NCBI GenBank assembly: GCA_035606845.1
Contig: DATNEA010000082.1
Location: forward strand, 65,142-129,141
Direction: 5' to 3'
Source of the DNA: Candidatus Angelobacter sp.
GTDB taxonomy: Bacteria; Verrucomicrobiota; Verrucomicrobiia; Limisphaerales; DASXHY01
Length of the DNA stretch: 64,000 nucleotides
Shown here: one piece after another, positions 57,130 to 64,000 of the stretch
Numbering within the stretch: position 1 is the first letter of the stretch
Layout: each line of letters starts with the position of its first letter
Notes under the pieces: generated by a model
Told to the model about the DNA's origin: nothing
Database searches by the model: none
Seen by the model: the letters and a program-made list of their open reading frames with translations, nothing else
Made by a program: the position numbers and the translations under genes

Positions 57130-58923
57130 TTACCTATTTAAGCGGGCAGCCGCCCCTTGGTGGAGCGGCCAAAATACTGGAATTAATGCCAGCACAATCA
57201 CAGCGAGAACCACCGTAAGCAGTACTCCGGTTTTCACAAAATCCATAAATCTGTATTTGCCAGGCCCGTACACGAGGATGCATGAAGGCTCGAACGGAGC
57301 GATGAACGACACTGAAGCCGCCAACATAATCGCAATCGCAAACGTCCTTTCATTCGCTCCGAGGTCCCGGGCACTCTGTAGTGCGACCGGCAGCACAACC
57401 AAAGCGGCAGCGGCATTAGACATGGGTTGGGTCAGGAGAATTGTTAACACGAAGTAACCTGTCAAGATTCCCATGACGCCCAACTGTGATAACAGATTGT
57501 CGATGCCTCTGGCCAGCAGTTGCGCTGCGCCCGTTTGCTCGATGGCCACACCGAACGCAGTCATTCCTCCGATCAGAATCAGTAGCCGCCAATCGATAAA
57601 TTCATACGCCTGTTCAATCGTAAGGCAACGGAACAGAATCACCAGAAGCGCTGCCGCCAGGAAACAAAACGAGAGCGGCAACAAATGAAGTCCGCCGATG
57701 ACAAGTGCAGCCATAAAAAATATCACGACGAATAGTCCCTTTCGTTGTTTGAACTGGGGTGGAGTAAATTGTCCCAAAACCGCCAGTTCGCGTTCTCTCC
57801 GCAGGCTTTCGATTACATCCTTGTCCGCTTGGACTAACAAGAGATCCCCAACCCGGAGCCGCATTGAGCCGATATTATCGGTCGAGGCATGGCCACGGCG
57901 GTGAATGGCCACGATGTTTAGTCCGTGTTCTTCCCGTTGGATCGAATCCAGGGATCTGTCCAGTAAATCCGATTGTGGAGTCACGAGCGCCTCGGCGATT
58001 TTCACGTTCGCTTCTCTGAAGTCCTGATCGCCTCGCGCCAAACGCGCCCGGATCTGAAAGCCTTTAGCGGCCCGGACTTGAATGAGGTTTTCCACATTAC
58101 CCGCGACAACGAGAATATCGCCTGCCTGGAGCGCGAATTCAGGATCGATCGGGACGCCTTGATTCTTGCGGATCGCCCGCAATAACCGGAATCCTTTTTT
58201 AGCTAAATCAGACTCCAGTGCGCGTTGCCCGACCAATGGAGACTCCGGGAGGACCACGACCTCAGACAAATAATCAGGAATTAGATAGTCCTTCGTCTGC
58301 TCAGGATTGTTCGGCAGTAACCGCCGTCCTACCAACATGAGATACGCGATTCCAGTAGCCGTGATAATCAGGCCAATCGGCGTGATTTCAAAAAGGCCGA
58401 GAGGCTTCATTTGTTCACGCGTGATAAAGCCACTCACGGCTAGATTGGTCGAGGTGCCGACCAGTGTACAGGTGCCGCCAAAAATTGAAGCGTATGCCAT
58501 TGGCAAAAGCATCCTCGAAGAGGCCAACCCCTGTTGGCGAGCCAGCGTCAGTACCGGACCAATAAACATCGCAGTCACTGTGGTGTTGTTCATGAATGCC
58601 GACAATCCGCTGCATACGACCAATATAAGAAAAAGAATGCGGACTTCACTTTTCCCCGCTGGTCGTGTCAGCTTGCCGATAACGGCGTCCAGTACACCGG
58701 TCTCCTGCAATGCGCCACCGATCACGAAGATCGAGGCGAGCATCACTATGATTTCCTGGCTGAACCCCGAGAAAGCGTCGGCTGGCGAGAGGATTCCTAT
58801 CCCGATCAAAACAAGTAGCATTCCAAGCGTGATGACATCTACCGAAAACACTTCGAAGGCAAACAGCGCAATTGTCGCGGCGAGCAGACCGAGGACTATC
58901 AATATATTCCATTCGTTTCCCAT
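57130..58923 (-). CDS. SLC13/DASS-family permease with two central TrkA-C domains
   Basis: 597 aa with many TM segments at both ends. The central soluble region has two RCK_C-like repeats (VVVLPESPLVGQRALESDL..., EALVTPQSDLLDRSLDSIQ...). Confidence 0.8.
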   Translation of the reverse strand: MGNEWNILIVLGLLAATIALFAFEVFSVDVITLGMLLVLIGIGILSPADAFSGFSQEIIVMLASIFVIGGALQETGVLDAVIGKLTRPAGKSEVRILFLILVVCSGLSAFMNNTTVTAMFIGPVLTLARQQGLASSRMLLPMAYASIFGGTCTLVGTSTNLAVSGFITREQMKPLGLFEITPIGLIITATGIAYLMLVGRRLLPNNPEQTKDYLIPDYLSEVVVLPESPLVGQRALESDLAKKGFRLLRAIRKNQGVPIDPEFALQAGDILVVAGNVENLIQVRAAKGFQIRARLARGDQDFREANVKIAEALVTPQSDLLDRSLDSIQREEHGLNIVAIHRRGHASTDNIGSMRLRVGDLLLVQADKDVIESLRRERELAVLGQFTPPQFKQRKGLFVVIFFMAALVIGGLHLLPLSFCFLAAALLVILFRCLTIEQAYEFIDWRLLILIGGMTAFGVAIEQTGAAQLLARGIDNLLSQLGVMGILTGYFVLTILLTQPMSNAAAALVVLPVALQSARDLGANERTFAIAIMLAASVSFIAPFEPSCILVYGPGKYRFMDFVKTGVLLTVVLAVIVLALIPVFWPLHQGAAARLNR

Positions 58924-58955
58924 GCAAATCTAGATGGTGAGTATGCGAGTTAAGA

Positions 58956-59123
58956 TTAAATTTCTTTAGGCACTGTTATGCGCGACGGCGAACAGCCGCG
59001 GCCCTGCAAAGACCGTTCGAGTTTTGTTATCCAGTTGCCTTCGATGAATATTTCAGCCGGCCCCGTCAGGGAATCGGGGAGACCGTCGAAAATATTACCG
59101 AATATCAAAATAATCGGATTCAT
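58956..59123 (-). pseudogene. 55-codon ORF resembling only the N-terminal strand region of a metal-dependent amidohydrolase (likely a gene remnant)
   Basis: MNPIILIFGNIFDGLPDSLTGPAEIFIEGNWITKLER matches the usual amidohydrolase N-terminus pattern (x-I-x-N-G-x-I-x-D-G ... I-x-I-E-G-x-x-I) and then terminates. Its ATG overlaps the TRIC stop (ATGA at 59120-59123). Confidence 0.3.
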
Positions 59124-59782
59124 CTCAAACGCTCCTTGCCCGCATGCTTTGGCGCATGCGTGGCCGATTGTTCGGGTGTTCCAGCGTTCGGAAGATGCCA
59201 GTGGCGACGGATGGCCAAGAACCTGAGCCCGAAGCATAGACATGCGCCCGTTAATCCCGCTACGCCCGACGAAAAATTCAATTTGTGGCCAACAACAACC
59301 ACGGTGGCGCCAATTAACGCGGCGACTGCATATAAATCAGCACGCAACACAATGGGGATTTCAGCCACAAGCATATCCCGAGCCATGCCGCCGCCGATTC
59401 CCGTCGACATTCCGAGCAGCACAACGGCTACTGGACTAACGTGAAACGCAAGTGCCTTGTTTGCTCCCGTAACGGCGAACAGAGCCAGTCCCATTGCGTC
59501 AAATATTAGCACGGGACTGCGTAAGTGATTGATGAGCGAATACCGGAAGAATGTAATTAAGCCGGCCAGCATCGAGACCGCGACGTAACGCCAGTCATGT
59601 ATCGCCAAAGGTGGAACGGCTCCGATCAGCACATCGCGCGTAATCCCACCCGTGTTCCCAGCCACATAAGAGAGGACAAATATGCCAAAAAGATCGAGTT
59701 TATGCTGAACAGCCGCAGTCGCTCCGCTTAAGGCAAAAACAAATGTGCCAGCTAGGTCGAGCGCAAGATTGAGGGTATGCAT
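59120..59782 (-). CDS. TRIC/UPF0126-family membrane protein (YadS-like cation channel)
   Basis: Two internal repeats carry the Gly-rich motifs GNTGGITRDVLIG and GIGGGMARDMLV, across about seven TM helices. Confidence 0.8.
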   Translation of the reverse strand: MHTLNLALDLAGTFVFALSGATAAVQHKLDLFGIFVLSYVAGNTGGITRDVLIGAVPPLAIHDWRYVAVSMLAGLITFFRYSLINHLRSPVLIFDAMGLALFAVTGANKALAFHVSPVAVVLLGMSTGIGGGMARDMLVAEIPIVLRADLYAVAALIGATVVVVGHKLNFSSGVAGLTGACLCFGLRFLAIRRHWHLPNAGTPEQSATHAPKHAGKERLR

Positions 59783-59799
59783 TGATCAGGATGCCAGCG

Positions 59800-61101
59800 T
59801 CAAAATTGCGTTGTAGCCAACCACGCTTTCGCGGCAACGATCAGCGTCTGGACTCCGGTTTCCAAAGTCGGATGGATAACGGGCGCAAAGTGCGGATTAT
59901 GATTTGTCGGAATATCGCCAAGTCGTCCGGCTTTCTTGGCATTGGCGTATTGGACCGGGTCCGTGCCACCGACAAACCAGAAAACGGAAGGCACGTGCCA
60001 CTCGATTCCAAAGCAGCCAAAATCCTCGCTGGCCATCGTTGGTTTAGTCTCCTGGATTTGGTTGGCCGGAAAATTCTTCCGAAATGCTTCCACCACCCGG
60101 CGCGTTGCCGCTGGATCATTCGTCACCAAGGAATATCGATCGAGCGGCGTGATTTCCGGCGGTTTAGGAGCGCCGGAGGCTGACGCTTCGGCGTTTACTA
60201 TTTGCTTAATGGCGGCGAGCACACGTTTGCGAACCCCCTCATCAAACGTGCGCACGTTCAGCTTGATGATCGCGTCGTCGGGAATGACGTTTTCTTTCGA
60301 GCCAGCTTGGAGCACCCCCACGGTGACGACTGCTGACTCAGTGGGAGCGACCTCGCGGGAGACAATTGTTTGGAGGCGCATTACGGTTGAAGCCGCCATA
60401 ACGACGGGATCAACGCTGGCCTCAGGCATTGAACCGTGTGCTCCGCGCCCAAAGAATCGAATTTGCATGCTGTCAGCCGCAGACGTGATCACGCCAGAGC
60501 GGCCGCCGAGCGTTCCCGCGGAGAGACTCATTACATGCTGGCCAAGTACCACGTCGGGTTTCGGAAACCGTTTGAGCAGGCCATCATCAATCATGGCTTG
60601 CGATCCCTCAGCAATTTCTTCGCCCGGCTGAAAAACCGGCATCAAAGTCCCGCTCCAGGTGTCGCGCGCCTTAGACAGAAAAGTGCTTGCGCCAGCGAGC
60701 CAGGTGACGTGCATGTCATGACCGCAAGCATGCATTACGGGCACTGTTTTACCTTCGCGATCCGTCGCGGTTTGGTTGCTGGCGTAAGGAAGGCCGGTCA
60801 GTTCTTTCACTGGCAGCGCATCCATATCCGCACGTAGCATAACCGTCGGTCCCTCTCCATTGCGCATTAAACCCACAACTCCGGTTTTCCCGACTCCAGT
60901 AGTCACTTCATAGCCCGCCGCGCGGAGCCGCTCAGCGGCCAATCCGGCCGTGCGCGTTTCTTGCATCGATAATTCGGGGTGGGCATGAATATCCTTGTAC
61001 AGCTCCTCCAGATCCGGCAACAGTTCCGTCAGGCTGTTTCGAGATGCACCGGCCGAGCCTGAGGTCTTGGAAACTTTTGATTTAGATTTTTTCGGTTTCA
61101 T
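59800..61101 (-). CDS. M20D-family amidohydrolase (hippurate hydrolase/aminoacylase-like)
   Basis: IHAHPELSMQE ... ALPV ... MHACGHDMH ... FQPGEE are the typical M20D metal-binding motifs. Confidence 0.85.
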   Translation of the reverse strand: MKPKKSKSKVSKTSGSAGASRNSLTELLPDLEELYKDIHAHPELSMQETRTAGLAAERLRAAGYEVTTGVGKTGVVGLMRNGEGPTVMLRADMDALPVKELTGLPYASNQTATDREGKTVPVMHACGHDMHVTWLAGASTFLSKARDTWSGTLMPVFQPGEEIAEGSQAMIDDGLLKRFPKPDVVLGQHVMSLSAGTLGGRSGVITSAADSMQIRFFGRGAHGSMPEASVDPVVMAASTVMRLQTIVSREVAPTESAVVTVGVLQAGSKENVIPDDAIIKLNVRTFDEGVRKRVLAAIKQIVNAEASASGAPKPPEITPLDRYSLVTNDPAATRRVVEAFRKNFPANQIQETKPTMASEDFGCFGIEWHVPSVFWFVGGTDPVQYANAKKAGRLGDIPTNHNPHFAPVIHPTLETGVQTLIVAAKAWLATTQF

Positions 61102-61134
61102 TCCCTCTCTGCTATCCGGGCAGGACGTGTTTGT

Positions 61135-61689
61135 TTATTGTCGGAGCTGCTTGACCCAGGCTACGTAGCGGTCAACGAATCCCTGCAGAAATTTTTGCGT
61201 ATCCGGATCTCCGATCTTGCCCTCGGAATCAAACATGCCCTCTTTGAACTGAATGAAAACTTCCGGTTGACCCAGTGTCGGAACATCGAGATACCCCAGC
61301 ACATTGCGGAGATGCTGCTGCGCCATCGACGCTCCGGGAGCGCCAATCGAGGCACCAATTACCGCACCTGGTTTCCTCGCGAAGGAGTTGGCGCCGTACG
61401 GACGCGATGCGATGTCGATCGCATTTTTCAGCACGCCGGGGATCGAACGATTGTACTCTGGTGTGACGAACAGCACCGCGTCAGCCGGTTCAATTTCTTT
61501 TTTCAACCGCTGACAAACCGGGGGATAGTCGCTGTCGAACTCCTGCGTGTAGAGCGGCAGATCGTTGATTCGTACGTAGTGAAATTTCAGTTCGGCGGAG
61601 GCAAGTCTCTCAACCGCGCGCGCCAGTTTGAGATTGATCGATTCTTTCCGCAAACTTCCGACCAGAACGGCAACATTGATTGATGGCAT
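61135..61689 (-). CDS. NADPH-dependent FMN reductase family oxidoreductase
   Basis: MPSINVAVLVGSLRKESINLKLA ... LFVTPEYNRSIPGVLKNAID is the canonical FMN_red signature. ATG 61687-61689 is preferred over the track TTG at 61761. Confidence 0.8.
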   Translation of the reverse strand: MPSINVAVLVGSLRKESINLKLARAVERLASAELKFHYVRINDLPLYTQEFDSDYPPVCQRLKKEIEPADAVLFVTPEYNRSIPGVLKNAIDIASRPYGANSFARKPGAVIGASIGAPGASMAQQHLRNVLGYLDVPTLGQPEVFIQFKEGMFDSEGKIGDPDTQKFLQGFVDRYVAWVKQLRQ

Positions 61690-62208
61690 AAATCTCTTTG
61701 CTAATTGGACCGGATCGACGCCGGACCTCATGCTTTGGGTGCTTGCCTTTGCGTTTACCAAAAAATCCCAATTCGTCGCAGTGTCATTGTTTTGAAATCT
61801 CTTTCTTTAAAAGTCGAACATCGTCTCGCTTGTCACGATGTCCACTGCGGGTTTCACCCCTGTTCTGAGGTGGTAGAAACCTATTCGGAGTGCCGGTGCC
61901 AATCTCCTTGTCGATGGATCTGCTCGCTTTAGTTGATGCGAATCTGAGTCCCACGACTCCGGCACAATCATCCGAATGGCGATGCGAAGCCGTCCGAGGC
62001 AGACACCTTCTGCAACACCTCTCCGTATCCCTATATAGTCATTTCTAGGAAATCGGATTTTTTTGGAGGTCACAACCCCATTTGATTTCCGAGAGGGGTG
62101 GCCAGAGCCTTTCGAATGCATGCGGAGGACGCCTGCAGGGTTTCTTATAAAGTCAAAAGAGAACTCCAAACAAGCGCACCGCTTAACCTTTAACGGAAAA
62201 AGAACTGT

Positions 62209-62988
62209 ATGAGCATTAATGGAAAGGTCGCTTTGGTGACGGGTGCCGGCCAGGGAATCGGCCGGGCAATCGCCTTAAGACTGGCTGAAGATGGCGCACA
62301 CATTGCCGTCGTTGATATCAAAGAGAAACAGATGACAGCTGTCGCTGAAGAGGTGCGGCAGCTTGGGCGCAAAGCGACGACATTCACAGCAGACATCAGC
62401 AAACGGGAGGACGTTTATAAAGCTGTCGACCACGCGGAGCGCGAACTGGGTGGCTTTGATATCATGGTGAACAACGCCGGAATCGCCCAGGTGCAGCCCT
62501 TGGCGGAAGTCACACCAGAACAAGTTGAGAAGGTATTCAAGGTAAATGTCGAAGGTGTACTCTGGGGCATTCAGGCGGCCACGAAAAAATTCAAGCACCG
62601 AAAGCACAAAGGGAAAATCATCAGTGCTTCATCGATTGCCGGCCATGAAGGAATGCCGCTGCTCAGTATTTACTCTGCCAGCAAATTTGCCGTGCGCGCT
62701 TTGACCCAGGCAGCTGCCCAGGAATTCGCCAGTCACGGGATTACCGTAAACGCCTACTGCCCCGGAATTGTGGGCACCGACATGTGGGTGGAGATTGACC
62801 GGCGCATGGCGGAAATTACTGATGCGGAGATCGGCGAAAGCTACAAGAAGTACGTCGGTGGTATCGCACTCGGCCGCGCCGAAACACCCGAAGATGTTGC
62901 TGCTTTCGTATCGTATCTTGCCGGTCCCGATTCCGACTACATGACGGGGCAGGCGCCGATGATCGATGGCGGCTTGGTCTACCGATAA
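62209..62988 (+). CDS. budC: short-chain dehydrogenase, acetoin reductase/2,3-butanediol dehydrogenase-like
   Basis: GKVALVTGAGQGIGRAIALRLAEDG, NNAGI, catalytic YSASKFAVRALTQ, and the C-terminal DYMTGQAPMIDGGLVYR typical of BudC-type SDRs. Confidence 0.8.
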   Translation: MSINGKVALVTGAGQGIGRAIALRLAEDGAHIAVVDIKEKQMTAVAEEVRQLGRKATTFTADISKREDVYKAVDHAERELGGFDIMVNNAGIAQVQPLAEVTPEQVEKVFKVNVEGVLWGIQAATKKFKHRKHKGKIISASSIAGHEGMPLLSIYSASKFAVRALTQAAAQEFASHGITVNAYCPGIVGTDMWVEIDRRMAEITDAEIGESYKKYVGGIALGRAETPEDVAAFVSYLAGPDSDYMTGQAPMIDGGLVYR

Positions 62989-63018
62989 TTCATCTCCAGT
63001 GGAAGCGAGGCGCGTTTT

Positions 63019-63993
63019 ATGGAGATGCCCCATGCCGTTAAAGTTGCCTCGCCCAATGTGATCGGGTTGATGCTTTGGATCCCCGGTGGCACATTTCTGA
63101 TGGGTTCGGACGACTTCTATCTTGAGGAGCGTCCGCCGCACCGCGTCACTGTTGACGGCTTCTGGCTGGACAAAGACCCCGTGACCAACGCCGAGTTTCG
63201 GACGTTTGTCGATGCTACCGGCTATATCAGCGCCGCTGAACGTCGGGCAAACGCAGCAGATTATCCGAGGGTCGATCCGGCGCTGCTTGTGCCGGGCTCG
63301 CTGGTGTTTCAAAAGCCGAAGCAACGTGTCCCCCTGCACGATTCCAGGGCGTGGTGGGCATATGTTGCGGGAGCGTGCTGGAAAAGACCTGAAGGGCCGG
63401 ACAGCATTCTACGAGATCGGGATGGTCATCCGGTAGTGCACATTGCTTATGATGACGCCAAGGCGTTTGCGCGTTGGGCAGGAAAGGAGTTGCCTACGGA
63501 AGCCGAATGGGAGTTTGCTGCGCGTGGCGGTTTGGATGGCGCCACCTTTGTTTGGGGGAATGAGTTTGCACCGCAAGGACAGATGATGGCGAACACCTGG
63601 CAGGGTGAGTTTCCATGGGAGAATCTCAAGCTCGACGGTTACGAAGGGACCTCGCCTGTGGGAGCGTTTCCTCCGAACGGCTACGGCCTTTGCGACATGG
63701 CCGGTAATGTTTGGGAATGGACGTGCGACTTTTTTCGGCCGCAACATGAACACGATGCACCGAAGGCTTGCTGTATCCCAAGGAACCCGAGAGTTGTTTC
63801 AGCCAAGGGAAGCCATGCGGCCAACGATGCGGCTTCGCGCATCCCACGAAAAGTGCTTAAAGGCGGATCCCATCTGTGCGCACCAAATTATTGTCTGCGA
63901 TATCGGCCAGCGGCGCGACAGGGAGAAGCCATTGATACTTCGGCTTGTCATATAGGCTTTCGTTGCATTCTTCGAGAAACCCGCAACTCGTGA
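63019..63993 (+). CDS. formylglycine-generating enzyme (FGE/SUMF1) family protein
   Basis: IPGGTFLMGSDD...ERPPHRVTVDGFWLDKDPVTNAEFRTFVDATGY ... GNVWEWT ... VLKGGSHLCAPNYCLRYRPAARQ. Confidence 0.85.
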   Translation: MEMPHAVKVASPNVIGLMLWIPGGTFLMGSDDFYLEERPPHRVTVDGFWLDKDPVTNAEFRTFVDATGYISAAERRANAADYPRVDPALLVPGSLVFQKPKQRVPLHDSRAWWAYVAGACWKRPEGPDSILRDRDGHPVVHIAYDDAKAFARWAGKELPTEAEWEFAARGGLDGATFVWGNEFAPQGQMMANTWQGEFPWENLKLDGYEGTSPVGAFPPNGYGLCDMAGNVWEWTCDFFRPQHEHDAPKACCIPRNPRVVSAKGSHAANDAASRIPRKVLKGGSHLCAPNYCLRYRPAARQGEAIDTSACHIGFRCILRETRNS

Positions 63994-64000
63994 ACAGCTC

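Noticed and set aside
61807-62169. A 120-aa minus-strand ORF in the divergent gap between the FMN reductase and budC genes.
   Set aside because: It has no motif, an Arg-rich composition, and occupies what is probably the shared promoter region. The evidence is insufficient.
62993-63027. An 8-bp inverted repeat (catctcca ... tggagatg) spanning the budC stop region and the FGE start codon, considered as a possible attenuator.
   Set aside because: The stem is short, the loop is 19 nt and there is no U-tract. It is compatible with chance.
1-64000. Search for CRISPR arrays, rRNA genes, IS elements or transposases, and long tandem repeats.
   Set aside because: None was seen on reading the window. 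The only dispersed repeat found is the motif made of the tRNA-3-prime end plus its trailer, reported above.

Overview
This is a 64-kb bacterial chromosomal window with one tRNA, no rRNA and no CRISPR array. It has four parts.

(1) 1-19258 is the right-hand part of an integrative, mobilizable element. It carries XRE regulators, a ParA-like ATPase, a MOBF/TrwC-type relaxase-helicase, cargo operons of secreted or lipoproteins, a protein with a HEPN motif, and a tyrosine integrase. It ends just upstream of tRNA-Thr(CGU) at 19352-19426.

(2) 19404-34414 is a roughly 15-kb island attached to the 3-prime end of the tRNA. A second tyrosine integrase opens it. Its cargo is three co-directional giant genes, each built as an Mrr/restriction-endonuclease-like N-domain, a STAND/NACHT P-loop NTPase and helical/HEAT repeats. 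This is the architecture of bacterial NLR-like (Avs/bNACHT-like) immune sensors, and it is the best candidate for a novel system in the window. Two of the three genes are split by single-base frameshifts in short homopolymers.

(3) 34.4-43.6 kb lies between two roughly 84 percent identical copies of a sequence that resembles the tRNA-Thr 3-prime end plus its trailer. These copies are candidate att scars. The segment holds a YgjP/DUF45 hydrolase, CvfB (with an internal compensated frameshift), HU, a DUF3516-type DEAD/DEAH helicase, a SWIM-SNF2 helicase and one unknown ORF.

(4) 43.6-64 kb looks like ordinary chromosome with a stress or ion-homeostasis flavour. It holds a GNAT, a CNNM/CorC protein, a P-type ATPase, four multi-domain universal stress protein genes, Rnk, DUF488, an SLC13 permease, a TRIC channel, an M20 amidohydrolase, an FMN reductase, acetoin reductase and a formylglycine-generating-enzyme family protein.

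All calls come from reading the translations and the DNA by eye; no database search was run. The source taxon cannot be established from the sequence alone.
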